Of a DNA stretch of 64,000 nt, positions 27,696 to 37,851 are shown one piece after another. Both the position numbers and the translations under genes were made by a program. How positions within the stretch are numbered: position 1 is the stretch's first letter; every line of letters starts with the position of its first letter. The DNA is from an uncultured Methanosarcinales archaeon (GTDB lineage Archaea; Nanobdellota; Nanobdellia; Woesearchaeales; GW2011-AR9). The notes beneath the pieces are model-generated. The model had not been told where the DNA came from. It saw only the letters and a list, made by a program, of their open reading frames with translations, and searched no databases. Where the stretch lies: assembly GCA_964344235.1 (NCBI GenBank), contig CAYFMJ010000003.1, positions 1-64,000 of the forward strand, in the 5' to 3' direction.

Positions 27696-27913
27696 AATGC
27701 GTTAAATTCTCTTTTTTTAGATTCAAACCATTTCTGCATTTCTTCAGGGTTTTTCATTAATTCCATTATTTTTTGCATTGCTTCTTGATGTGCAGGATCG
27801 CTCATCATTTCCATGCCATGATGTTTACTTAATTCAGCTATTTCTTCGAATGTTTCTGCAGAGAATGTTTTATCACATGCTCCACCTAATTGTTTACAAG
27901 TCATTGTTTTCAT
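27692..27913 (-). CDS. DUF1059-like small protein
   Basis: MKTMTCKQLGGAC, SKHHGME. Confidence 0.75.
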   Translation of the reverse strand: MKTMTCKQLGGACDKTFSAETFEEIAELSKHHGMEMMSDPAHQEAMQKIMELMKNPEEMQKWFESKKREFNAL

Positions 27914-28311
27914 GATATCACCGTTAATAATACTATGCTCCACCAACCAGTAAATGAAATTATAAAACTTGCTGTGATTTTTGTTTGCATATTTGTTGGA
28001 ATTAGTGTATTTTTCTTTACCGCATCCAAGCGAGGGCCGATGTAGAACGATAAGAACAGACCGTTTAATATTAGGACACCTATAATGATTGTTTTAATAA
28101 TGTCAAGAGTATTGTTTGTGAATAAAAATAACCATGAGAAAATCATCAATAAAGTTCCGATCCAGATTAATGGTTTAGTGACGTGATGCGCTTTGACAGT
28201 TACTTGTGTCCATTCTTTTGATTTTCGAGAAATGAAACCCATTGTATCAATAACAGTAACTGCTCCTAGGCCGATGATGATACCAGCAAGATGGAAGAAT
28301 TCTGCAATCAT
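27910..28311 (-). CDS. membrane protein
   Basis: 4 hydrophobic segments; ATG 28311 overlaps the upstream stop. Confidence 0.7.
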   Translation of the reverse strand: MIAEFFHLAGIIIGLGAVTVIDTMGFISRKSKEWTQVTVKAHHVTKPLIWIGTLLMIFSWLFLFTNNTLDIIKTIIIGVLILNGLFLSFYIGPRLDAVKKNTLIPTNMQTKITASFIISFTGWWSIVLLTVIS

Positions 28312-29477
28312 CGTTGATACACCTCGGGACTTGTAAATTGTTCTGTCTCTGTGCATGTTCCACTTTGATGTTCAATCCGTAGTGTTTCTTCATCTAATAA
28401 CTCTACTATAATTTTCCCGTCACCATTTTGATTGACATAGCCAACATCTTCTGATTGGTAACAATAAATTGTTCCAGGAGTTGTTTGTGAAAAGTTACGG
28501 TTAATTGTTCCTTCATCACGTGGTGTGAAATGCCATAAACCTGGATTGGTAAATTTCCCAGCAACGGAAACAACTTGCACGTTAGCGTATTCAAAATGAT
28601 CTACGAACGCTAAGTAGAGATCCCATTCTACAACGTATTCTTCTTGAGCAGTCTTATGAAACCAATTTCCTTTTAGAGTTTCAGGTATATCCTGCATAAC
28701 TTTCCCACACGTTCCATCGTGACGTTCTATCAAAGAGTAAAATGTATTTTTCATTTTTTTCGGATAATAATCGAATGCACACTGTAAATAGCGGTCTCTT
28801 TCTGAGTGTCGTTCCGGTTTAATATAATTCAGGGGTTTACGTAGATCAATCAAACCGAAATCCCAATTACCCTGCTTGTGTCCAACAGTTCCCATGACAT
28901 TTCCTGCTTTAATTTGGTTGAGATCTAACACTTTAGTACAACCATCGCCAACAGAAAAGCTTTCACACTTTTTTGTGTCAAGAATTGCTTGTAATTCTGG
29001 GGAAACAGTTTTCACGTGATTATAATACGCAATAATATCTTGACAAAGAGCAAAGTAGATGGTGTAATCTCTCGGATCAGATGAGATACCATCACTCCAC
29101 GCAACGGTTGTGAGGTAAACATCTGCCGGTGAATAAATATTGAAAGCAGTCCCACTCCCATCAAAGTGGAGATGAGGATGTTGTGTGGGAAAGGTATGGC
29201 CTGGAGGACCGAGATTTCCTAAGGGAGTGATAGCAGTGACTTCATTCATATCAACAGGAAATGTGGAGAATTTCATATCGCATTTAGGAAGAGTAGCACG
29301 TTCTGTTTCTGTGGGGATTTCTAAACGGAATTCTTTTTGTTGTGGTTCTTCATATACTTCTTGCTGGTGGGTTGGATGTTCTTCTTTGTAGACATTTACG
29401 GTGCCTTCTTCAAAACTTTCGTGTTGACAACTCGCTACTATGAGTAATAGAATAATAAGGAACAACTCTTTTTTCAT
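28308..29477 (-). CDS. putative lipoprotein
   Basis: lipobox VASC; PLGNLGPPGHTFPTQH. Confidence 0.7.
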   Translation of the reverse strand: MKKELFLIILLLIVASCQHESFEEGTVNVYKEEHPTHQQEVYEEPQQKEFRLEIPTETERATLPKCDMKFSTFPVDMNEVTAITPLGNLGPPGHTFPTQHPHLHFDGSGTAFNIYSPADVYLTTVAWSDGISSDPRDYTIYFALCQDIIAYYNHVKTVSPELQAILDTKKCESFSVGDGCTKVLDLNQIKAGNVMGTVGHKQGNWDFGLIDLRKPLNYIKPERHSERDRYLQCAFDYYPKKMKNTFYSLIERHDGTCGKVMQDIPETLKGNWFHKTAQEEYVVEWDLYLAFVDHFEYANVQVVSVAGKFTNPGLWHFTPRDEGTINRNFSQTTPGTIYCYQSEDVGYVNQNGDGKIIVELLDEETLRIEHQSGTCTETEQFTSPEVYQR

Positions 29478-29507
29478 AGAATTAAGAAATAATAAAAGTA
29501 TATAAAT

Positions 29508-29663
29508 TTACTGAGAATGTTCTTTTTGATACATTCTTGCAAGTCTAAGTGCACCTTCTTCTGAAGTGTCAACACCAGCAAGTACTTCCCTTTCGTCTCG
29601 GAGGTAGGTATCAAGTTCCCTTGCTTTGTATGGTTCTCTGTCTTTTGGTTCGTATGAATCCAT
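29508..29663 (-). CDS. 51-aa small protein (not in ORF track)
   Basis: MDSYEPKDREPYKARELDTYLRDEREVLAGVDTSEEGALRLARMYQKEHSQ; TATA-like TTTAAATA about 23 nt upstream. Confidence 0.5.
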   Translation of the reverse strand: MDSYEPKDREPYKARELDTYLRDEREVLAGVDTSEEGALRLARMYQKEHSQ

Positions 29664-29737
29664 TTTGCTGCAAAAGAGAGAAGATGTATTTAAACATTAT
29701 CATATGTTTTATAAGTAGAGCTTGTTCTGACAAAAAA

Positions 29738-30088
29738 ATGAATATTTTCCATGTCTATCACGTTGATAAAACTGTTGGAGAAACAACAGAATCACATTAT
29801 GCATTTGCTCCTCCTGGAGATATTGAAACTCTTTCTGTAGGAGAGCATGAAATCCCTGGGACTAAACGGTTTGTGTCATTAACTGAGATGGTAGAGCATA
29901 TTGGTGGAAGACATCCAGATATTATTTTCAAACTCCCACCAGACATGCCCGCATATTCTTCAAGATGCGAAGAAGGAATGTTAGTAGAATATGTTAGGCG
30001 TGGTATTTCTCCTAGAGAACGAGATGATTTTGTAGCAAGGCGACGAGGAGTATTCTCTAGCGAAACTTCTCTTCAAGAAACTGGATGA
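29738..30088 (+). CDS. hypothetical protein
   Basis: ORF 29549..30088; likely start ATG 29738. Confidence 0.6.
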   Translation: MNIFHVYHVDKTVGETTESHYAFAPPGDIETLSVGEHEIPGTKRFVSLTEMVEHIGGRHPDIIFKLPPDMPAYSSRCEEGMLVEYVRRGISPRERDDFVARRRGVFSSETSLQETG

Positions 30089-30293
30089 TTATGTCAGATT
30101 CGCCAATATATTTGTCATCTATTTGTAGAACTGGAACGGTAAATACGCCAGATTTCTCTGCAAGATCTTTTCGAATAGGATCTGCACGGTCCATCGGAAC
30201 GTTAACTTTTTTGTATTCTACATTAAGTTCCTCTAATGTACTTCTAACTTTCGCACAGAACGGGCACTCTTCAAATTGATATAACGTAATCAT
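30057..30293 (-). CDS. glutaredoxin
   Basis: CPFC and TVPVL. Confidence 0.9.
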   Translation of the reverse strand: MITLYQFEECPFCAKVRSTLEELNVEYKKVNVPMDRADPIRKDLAEKSGVFTVPVLQIDDKYIGESDIIIQFLEEKFR

Positions 30294-30733
30294 GGTTCAA
30301 GAAAACTTTGTAATGACAAGTTTATAATATTTTCTTTTGCCTGCCGTTCTTTAAATTCCGGTTTTAATTGTAAGAAGACGTGATCGTTAAATGTGGAACG
30401 GATAAACGGAATGCCTTTCTCAATTAACGAAGCAATTGATTCTTGAATGATTGTTAATGAAAGATTTGTTTTCTCTGCAATTTCATTGTACGAAATTGGT
30501 GCTTCTTCTGTGTAGAAAATTAAGAACACTTTTTTCTCTGTTTGTGTTAATGGAGAAATGGTTTTTACTTCTTTGTGTAATTGTAATGAATCTAAACGAG
30601 AGGATACAGAATCAATTTTTTTTTCAAGTTGGTGGAGGTAGTCAAATAATGCTTGAATCTCTGAAGTGTTTTCGTTTATCGACGATAAATGTTCTTCCAA
30701 AGCACTTCGAATGAGTTCAAATTCTTTTTTCAT
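30290..30733 (-). CDS. coiled-coil plus winged-helix protein
   Basis: heptad N-terminus; ISYNEIAEKTNLS HTH. Confidence 0.7.
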   Translation of the reverse strand: MKKEFELIRSALEEHLSSINENTSEIQALFDYLHQLEKKIDSVSSRLDSLQLHKEVKTISPLTQTEKKVFLIFYTEEAPISYNEIAEKTNLSLTIIQESIASLIEKGIPFIRSTFNDHVFLQLKPEFKERQAKENIINLSLQSFLEP

Positions 30734-30925
30734 TGCTTCCGCTACCTGCTAATTTTATTGTTAAGACAAAACGCAAGAAGACGTTCAACCACCTGCGTTC
30801 TTCTACCACCACACCCTGCTGTTAGTTATTTTTTTGGGGTTTAAATATCTTTCCATTTTGCACTGTGCAATCACTTGGGAGTTGTCAGCAGATATATTTA
30901 AATAACTGAAAATTTTCTTAGAAAT

Positions 30926-31477
30926 ATGGGCTTTAGAGATTGGTTAAGGGGTCGGTTTTCTAGGAAGGAGAAAAGAAAAGAGGGGTTGAGTGTGTATCAG
31001 CGTCAGCGGGCTGAGAGAACACGAAGAGTTAATACGAGAAAAGCAATTGCAGCTAAAAGAGACGGAACGTTTTTGTTACATGAATTACAAAAATCATCAC
31101 AACGGTTTATCTTAGAAATGGAAGCATTTGGGGCGTTGTTCCGTAAGCGGTGTAATGCGTACAATTATGATGTCTGGAAGAAGAAGTTGCAGGCGCAAAT
31201 TGTTCCAATGTACCAACAATATGCACGGGCGATGCTTACAGTACAGGCAAAGAGAGTTCCAGGTAGCGAGAAGTTGGGTGAAGTGCGCGCAATAACGGGG
31301 AATTTTAAGAAAGAGCTTGAGAAATTGTTGGCAATGGATAGTTATGGAGTTTTCAAAAAAGAAATGACCACATTTCTTGATACATGGATCTATAGAGTGC
31401 AGCGAAAACGCCAGATTATGGAACGATTAATTGTTCAACCGGTTGTGGAAGAAAGAGAGTTTAGAAGAGCAGCATGA
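30926..31477 (+). CDS. basic hypothetical protein
   Basis: 183-aa ORF coupled to the next gene. Confidence 0.7.
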   Translation: MGFRDWLRGRFSRKEKRKEGLSVYQRQRAERTRRVNTRKAIAAKRDGTFLLHELQKSSQRFILEMEAFGALFRKRCNAYNYDVWKKKLQAQIVPMYQQYARAMLTVQAKRVPGSEKLGEVRAITGNFKKELEKLLAMDSYGVFKKEMTTFLDTWIYRVQRKRQIMERLIVQPVVEEREFRRAA

Positions 31478-32094
31478 TTCGTTCTCAGAAAGATTTAGCA
31501 GTACAATTGAGTAAGTTGGAAGATTTTGCAGAACATTCTTTAGAATTAGAGCAGTATAGTACTTCTTCTGATATTGCCGCAGAATGGGTGTGGTCGATGG
31601 CGTTACGTGGAGAAATTGCGGGAAAAGTAATATTAGATGCTGCTGCAGGGCCCGGGATTATTGGTATGGGTTTATTGTTAATGGGAGCTAAGAAAGTTAT
31701 TTTTGTTGATAAGGATGAAAACGCAATGCAGATTTGTATGCGGAATTTCTCTCGGTTAGAGCAAGAGTATGAGATTGGAGAAGCAGAGTTTATTGTGGAG
31801 GATGTTAGGTTATTTGATTCTGACGTCGATATAGTTGCGCAGAATCCACCGTTTGGAACACAGGAGAAACATATCGACAAAGTGTTTTTGGAGAAAGCGT
31901 TTTCCGTTAGTACTGTGGTATATAGTATGCATAAGTGGAGTACGAAGAGTTTTGTAGAAGGAATTAGTAAAGATAATGGTTTTTCTATTACCAATGTGTG
32001 GCGTTTCTCATTTCCCATTAAGAAGCAATTTTTGCATCATAAAAAGCCAGTGCAGTATGTAGACGTAGGATTATGGCGGATGGAGAAGTTATAA
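31474..32094 (+). CDS. METTL5-family methyltransferase
   Basis: LEQYST, LDAAAGPG, QNPPFG, VYSMH. Confidence 0.9.
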   Translation: MIRSQKDLAVQLSKLEDFAEHSLELEQYSTSSDIAAEWVWSMALRGEIAGKVILDAAAGPGIIGMGLLLMGAKKVIFVDKDENAMQICMRNFSRLEQEYEIGEAEFIVEDVRLFDSDVDIVAQNPPFGTQEKHIDKVFLEKAFSVSTVVYSMHKWSTKSFVEGISKDNGFSITNVWRFSFPIKKQFLHHKKPVQYVDVGLWRMEKL

Positions 32095-32865
32095 TGTTCT
32101 TCTTTGGTAGAATCTATCTTTAGCTTTTCGAACAATTTCCTTACTTTGACCAATATAGCCAAGAGGGTCAGAGATTTCACGTAACGTTTCTTCTGAAAGT
32201 CGTGCTGTGACTTCATCAGATTCTAATAACACGTCAATAAATGGTCTCCGTTGTTCGTACGCCGTTGTTGCTAAACTTGCCGTTAGATTGTGTGCTTCAC
32301 TTCGTGTCATAGGTTGAGAGGTTCTTCTACCATCCGTGAGATATGTCATTACCTGCTGTGATGTGACAACACCAAAGCTTCTCACTACTCTTTCCCTAGA
32401 TCTCTCTTCATTCAAACCGAGCCAGTATACTATGTTTGCTAGCCTCCTAATGCCGTGATCGAGATATTTAAAGCCATCTTCAAAGTTTATTCTTGCGTTT
32501 GAGGAAGCAGACAAATCCCGAGCATAAGGCATTTGACAATTAGCAAGAGCGGTTGTCATGTTTCCCATTAAGTAATTACGGACGGACATGAATTGTTCTT
32601 CAGCTGTGGGATTGCCGTTCTTCGCATCCTTATGAGGCATCGCTGAGGAGCCTTTCTTTCTTTTTGGATTAGTGTTGACAAAGATATTTACATCATCACT
32701 TCTTCCCCAAGCTATATAGCGAGCGAGGTTGTTCATCGTCTCTCCAAGTCTACATAATACAAAGAAGATGTCAGCTTCAAACTCTAATCCTGGGACTTGA
32801 GCTGGGGCAAGCATGTGGTTGACTTCCAAGTCATTACAGTATGTTTCTTGTAATACTATTCCATC
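32089..32865 (-). pseudogene. purB: adenylosuccinate lyase, C-terminal half only
   Basis: KGSSAMPHK signature, ARDLSASS; N-terminal half with the RTH catalytic His region absent. Confidence 0.85.
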
Positions 32866-33340
32866 AAGTCGCCTAAAGCCACGAGAAGCTGCATGATCGG
32901 TCATTAAATTACTTGCAGCAGCAGTGGTATCATCGATTAACTGCATTACTGCGTCATCAACATGCATTAACCCTTGAGCTTCTGCTCTTGAGATGTAACG
33001 GTCTTCTGGTTCATGCTTTGTACTATAATCTAAAACTGGTCTTAAGGCAGCCGGGATTTCATCTCCACGTTGAAAACCTTCAGGTAAACCAAGATCTTGC
33101 AGTGTGACAGACCCTTCATCAACCCTTCGCCAAACGGAAGAACTTTCTGGGAGCGCATTTCGTGATATAAATTCAATTGGTTGTACATAATGTTCAACAG
33201 GAGGATTGGCGAAAGCGTCATAATTCCATTCACCTACTGCTTCATCAAATGTGGGTTTTAATCGGTGGCCATACTCGACTCGAATTGTTGTAGGTGCAAC
33301 GCCCCGATTTATTGCATCTTTCGCTGAGATGAGTTCTCCC
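32860..33340 (-). pseudogene. purC: internal fragment of archaeal long-form SAICAR synthetase, in frame with purB
   Basis: PIEFISRNALPESSSVWRR, QDLGL, PVLDYSTKHEPEDRYISRAEA resemble long-form PurC as I recall it; no start codon. Confidence 0.8.
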
Positions 33341-34489
33341 TCCTGCAGTTACCACCCCTTCTTCACTATAACCGGAGCCTGCATGGAAGATTTCAACAGA
33401 GTCACCAAACCGTCCTAGTTCTTCCTGCGGAATCCCAATGCGCTTTCCTTTTTTAGGGCCTCCCGGGAGTGAGTAACCTTGTGATGCCAATACAACTGTC
33501 ACTGTTTCACCTGGTTTTGCTGTAACATCAGCTGCTGTTAATGTGCCGTCAAGTGATTTGGTCATCATGTGATATAAATCACCGCCTAATTTCATCATTG
33601 TTGGTTGTGTTTCTGGATCACCCATGCGAACGTTGAATTCTAGGATTTGGGGGCCATCTTCCGTTAACATGAAACCCCCATAAAGAAAGCCAGTGTAAGG
33701 CGTGCCATTCGTTGCCATTTGGGTTACAGTTTGTTGCATCATGCCAACGGATTCTGCAAAAATTTCAGGTGTAACATAAGCAGGAGAAGTGTGTGCTCCC
33801 ATCCCTCCGGTGTTTGGTCCTAAGTCATTATCTAATAGTCTCTTATAATCACGAGATGCAAAAGGAATCGGTACGACATGTTCACCATCGCAAAAAGCGA
33901 AAATAGAATATTCAGGTCCAGCAAGTCGTTCTGTTACAAGAATTTTTTCTCCAAATCGTAGAAATAATTCGGGAAGTAGCTGCTGTGCTTGTTCTAATGA
34001 ATTGTAGACTTCAACCCCTTTACCGCTAGCAAGACCATCAAATTTAGCGACAATACCCCTGTCATTTTGATGCTGTTCAGCAGCTGCTTGTGCTTCCTCT
34101 ACACTATGACACAACGTCCAATTAGCGTGAGGGACCCCTGCTTCTATCATAACTCTGTTAGCAAATACTTTACTTGCTTCTAATTGGGCAGCTGCTTGGC
34201 TTGGCCCATACACTGCATGGCCATGTTGTTGAAGATAATCTGCTAAACCAGCTACTAATGGAGCTTCCGGGCCAACAACTGTTAAATCAATTTCAGCGCC
34301 ATGTAAAAGATGTTCTAATCCTTCAAATGTTTCCATATCAAAAGTGTTCAAGACATCTGCTTTCCCCACTCTAGCCATGCCGGGGTTAGGGTTAATTGTG
34401 TAGACTTTATCTACATCTGGACTTTGTGCTAATTTCCATGTTAATGCGTGTTCTCTACCGCCGTTTCCTACCACTAATACATTTGCCAT
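33245..34489 (-). pseudogene. purD: phosphoribosylamine-glycine ligase, C-terminus lost after TAGGR (about 33335)
   Basis: VGNGGREHAL, GPNTGGMG, EFNVRMGDPE; 29 non-homologous residues after GGR. Confidence 0.85.
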
Positions 34490-36216
34490 TATGCTACCTC
34501 CATGTATATCCCTTCTCCGGTGAAAGGGTTATGTAATTCAATCGTTTGCTCTCTACCTGGACCTACGCCAATTGAATAGATTCTTACACCAGTTAATTCC
34601 GCAATTCGTGTAACATATTTTCGTGCGTTTTCTGGTAACTCTTCAAATGTTCTAGCTTTTTCGACTTCTTTTGAATCCCAGCCTGCTAACGTTTCGTAAT
34701 GAGCAACTGCTTTATCTAGTTGGTAGAGAGGAATTTCTTTGTGAACTTCACCATCAACAGTGTAATGTGTTAAGATTTTAACTTCCTCAAAGTCTCCCAA
34801 ACAATCAAGTTTTGTCAATGCTAAACCGGTTAAGCCGTTAACACGGACAGCATGGCGTAATGAAGCAATGTCTAACCAACCAGTTCTTCTTGGTCGACCT
34901 GTTGTTGCACCATATTCCTGTGCTTTAACCATTGTAGCCATTCCGAGAATATGGTTATATGCATCTTGCAGGAAGAACTCCTGCTCATTATTTGCTGAAG
35001 ATAATCGATCCTGAGTTTCATGAAGGATACTTAATATTCGACCAGTCACTCCATCATATTCAAGATTAGTTGCAACCTCAATCATATTATCAACAATAAA
35101 TTGATAATCGCTTGAAAGGGAATATTCTGAAGCCCAGTGTTTCCTAATTCTCCGTTGATCAGCTGTTTCAAGTTGATTGAAATCTTCAATGCTGATTCCC
35201 TCATTTTCACAAAGATAATCCATCAACTCTTTTTTCTGCAAATTTTCATTGACTAATTCTGAAGGGAACGGACCATCTCCAACCCGAGTCATTGTAAGTT
35301 TTACAATACCAACAATATCATCAAGAGTTCCTGGACCAACGCCAGCACCAGTACAAGCGCCACCAGCAATAGGATGAGAAGAGGTTACGTAACGATATGT
35401 TCCGTGTTTAACATCTAAGAACGTTCCTTGTGCTCCTTCATAAATAATATTTTTATTGTCATCACGAGCCAAATCTATTTTCTTGGAGCCATCAACAAAC
35501 TGAATGCCCCTTCTTAGCAGCTCATTAACTTGTTTTTCTAGGTCTTTGAAGATTTTTCTCGCTTCTCTAGTAACTCTTTTATCACCCACTCTACTTTTCT
35601 TACCGTAACGCCAATGCCGAACTTGCTTCTCAAGCATCTCTTGTGCAACTTCTGGTCGATGAATAATGTCCCCGTATGTTACAGCCCTCCTGCCAGCACG
35701 ATCTTCATACGCAGGCCTAATACCATTACGTGTTGAGCCAACACCATTACCAGAAACTTCATGGGAGACATCTTCTTCCAAATGTAAAGGTGTAATAATA
35801 TCAGTATTTTCAGACACATATAAGCGATTTTCGAGATCAAGAGGTTTTGTCACCCCATCAACTGTCACGGTTTTACCATGAAGTTCATCAAGTTCAGTAA
35901 TTATTTCATTGGGGCTAACAACAACACCATCACCCAGAAGAATGTCTGCTTCTAAATTCATGATACCAGAAGGAATAACGTGAAGAATGTATTTATCACC
36001 ATTAATAACAAGGGTATGGCCAGCATTGCCGCCGCCATTGTATCGTACTATAAGGTCAGCTAAATCCACATACCTGTCTACTTCTTTCCCTTTGCCTTCA
36101 TCTCCCCAAGCGGTTCCAACAATAACAACACTTTTTGATTCTTCAGGTTTGATAGAAGGGAGTTCTGTAAGTTTATATTCAAGACTGATTAAAGGAGAGT
36201 CTGGGAGACGGGACAC
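34489..36216 (-). CDS. purA: adenylosuccinate synthetase with about 100-aa insertion
   Basis: WGDEGKGK, GGGNAGHT, EGAQG, EYGATTGRPRR. Confidence 0.93.
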   Translation of the reverse strand: MSRLPDSPLISLEYKLTELPSIKPEESKSVVIVGTAWGDEGKGKEVDRYVDLADLIVRYNGGGNAGHTLVINGDKYILHVIPSGIMNLEADILLGDGVVVSPNEIITELDELHGKTVTVDGVTKPLDLENRLYVSENTDIITPLHLEEDVSHEVSGNGVGSTRNGIRPAYEDRAGRRAVTYGDIIHRPEVAQEMLEKQVRHWRYGKKSRVGDKRVTREARKIFKDLEKQVNELLRRGIQFVDGSKKIDLARDDNKNIIYEGAQGTFLDVKHGTYRYVTSSHPIAGGACTGAGVGPGTLDDIVGIVKLTMTRVGDGPFPSELVNENLQKKELMDYLCENEGISIEDFNQLETADQRRIRKHWASEYSLSSDYQFIVDNMIEVATNLEYDGVTGRILSILHETQDRLSSANNEQEFFLQDAYNHILGMATMVKAQEYGATTGRPRRTGWLDIASLRHAVRVNGLTGLALTKLDCLGDFEEVKILTHYTVDGEVHKEIPLYQLDKAVAHYETLAGWDSKEVEKARTFEELPENARKYVTRIAELTGVRIYSIGVGPGREQTIELHNPFTGEGIYMEVA

Positions 36217-36315
36217 TCACCATTCACCCCAAATAGTAGAATCAATTATGTCCATAGCGATCACTCTGGAAATGGTAATTTCATTTAAATGCATTTATAC
36301 AACGTAACATGGAGA

Positions 36316-36558
36316 ATGCAGAACATAGTAAAAATTATAAACTCTATTTTGTTTCTTAGTGGGATGGTTGATAGAGAGTTTATTTTATGGAGTAATGTTG
36401 TGGTGTTTAGTGTTGTGTTAATTCTGCATCTCGTCAGAGGTATTTGGGGATTAGAGTTAACGTTAGGAACGTGGGGTGTGCCGGTATGGTTTAGTATTAT
36501 TGCGGTATTGTTATTAGGATTTTTGGTTGTGGTAAACTGGAGGTTGTTACACAAATGA
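36316..36558 (+). CDS. small membrane protein
   Basis: hydrophobic; GGAG before ATG 36316. Confidence 0.6.
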   Translation: MQNIVKIINSILFLSGMVDREFILWSNVVVFSVVLILHLVRGIWGLELTLGTWGVPVWFSIIAVLLLGFLVVVNWRLLHK

Positions 36559-36845
36559 AGGTTACTATTGATACTAAAGAGGATAGTCACGAAGATATTC
36601 AGAAAGTGATTCAGATTCTTACGAATATGTTACATCAGAAAGAAGTTGTTACGCCAACTGCCCCCGTGGAAGATACAACGAACATGATGAGTATGTTCGC
36701 TAATCCTACTGCGCATGTGAAAGAAGAAGTTCCAGTGGCTGCTGAACCCGTACAGGAAAGTGCTCCTGATTTTAGTGCGTTTCTTAACCTCGCTGCAGAA
36801 GAGAAGAAAGAACCAGACGATGAAGCGAAGATTGAGTTTTTCTAA
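36555..36845 (+). CDS. acidic hypothetical protein
   Basis: MKVTIDTKEDSHEDI; coupled to the upstream ORF. Confidence 0.7.
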   Translation: MKVTIDTKEDSHEDIQKVIQILTNMLHQKEVVTPTAPVEDTTNMMSMFANPTAHVKEEVPVAAEPVQESAPDFSAFLNLAAEEKKEPDDEAKIEFF

Positions 36846-37063
36846 GCTGTTGCAAGAATATTTTTAACATTAACATTGGTTAAAGATTCCATAGGGATTC
36901 TTTTACTTGCATCTAAAATTTCAATACCCAAAATATTTCCATCACTATCTAAATCAATAATGGTAAAATCATCAATTTTTTTATTTGAGGCAAATGTTCC
37001 CTTACGGAACTCTATATACACTGCATCTGCTTCTTTATCGTAGCTAATTTCCATTATGAGCAA
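36842..37063 (-). CDS. DUF2283-domain protein
   Basis: YDKEADAVYI, IDLDSDGNILGIEILDAS. Confidence 0.9.
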   Translation of the reverse strand: MLIMEISYDKEADAVYIEFRKGTFASNKKIDDFTIIDLDSDGNILGIEILDASKRIPMESLTNVNVKNILATA

Positions 37064-37064
37064 T

Positions 37065-37529
37065 TTATTCCTTCTGTAAGTACGCTAGCTCTTCCGCAAG
37101 TATAACATGAAGAGACAACTTTTGGTCTTTTAGAAAATCCATCCCTAGTATTGATGGAAGAGATTCCGCTATTTGCATATTCTTTTCTGAAGTTTTTGTT
37201 GTCTTTAAAGCTTTGAGGCTAACATCCAGTTCAATATGGCCCGTGCCTTTTCCTTCTTTTAACAAATACATTTTTATCTTAGGAATAGAGATGTGTTTAA
37301 AGCGGGATCCACCAAAATGCACTTCGCCGGAAGAGTTTCTACCTTTCAGAGGAATTTGCAACACTTTAACGTCCTTGCCACTTAGATAAGAGTCGGGACT
37401 TCCAGTATCAATAACAAAGTTCATTAATCTTGGTTTGTGGATTCTAAGACTTTCACAGATTATCATTGAAGTTAAAACTAATCGCCCCTCGGAAATTTGT
37501 AATGGGATTCTTGTACCTAATTTAACCAT
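37065..37529 (-). CDS. retropepsin-like aspartic protease
   Basis: FVIDTGSP and SILGMDFL. Confidence 0.85.
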   Translation of the reverse strand: MVKLGTRIPLQISEGRLVLTSMIICESLRIHKPRLMNFVIDTGSPDSYLSGKDVKVLQIPLKGRNSSGEVHFGGSRFKHISIPKIKMYLLKEGKGTGHIELDVSLKALKTTKTSEKNMQIAESLPSILGMDFLKDQKLSLHVILAEELAYLQKE

Positions 37530-37535
37530 TTTTAA

Positions 37536-37775
37536 TTAAAGAATAGCCTTTACTTTGCTTACAAATCTAATGAATATATTAGAAGTATCAACACCATCTT
37601 TACGTAATTTAGCCATCAGGCCATCAAGGCTCTTATCAGAATCTACTACTCTCTTATTATGAAAGGCAATGAACTTATTATTATACTTTGATTTAATTAA
37701 TGTAAGGTTCTTATCAAACCATTGTATATCTTCTCTTCCCTGAAGCAGAGTTTGGGCAATAATGTTACTTTCCAT
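37536..37775 (-). CDS. DUF5678-like protein
   Basis: KYNNKFIAFHNKRVVDSDK. Confidence 0.75.
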   Translation of the reverse strand: MESNIIAQTLLQGREDIQWFDKNLTLIKSKYNNKFIAFHNKRVVDSDKSLDGLMAKLRKDGVDTSNIFIRFVSKVKAIL

Positions 37776-37851
37776 AATAATGTTTCACTTTAGTGTTATA
37801 AATGGTTTTACTTTTTAATGGTTTCGTACTAGTATTATTCATTTCCATTTT

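Noticed and set aside
30760-30830. Hairpin upstream of the winged-helix gene
   Set aside because: Only a 6-7 bp stem with a long loop and no other support
33042-33233. 63-aa ORF in the track
   Set aside because: Out-of-frame shadow of the purC fragment
33245-33340. Programmed frameshift fusing purD to the next ORF
   Set aside because: No frame restores the PurD C-terminus; the shifted frame is mid-PurC
34489-36216. PurZ (2-aminoadenine pathway) or an intein in PurA
   Set aside because: Catalytic motif is WGDEGKG (Asp retained); the insert lacks Cys/Ser start and His-Asn end
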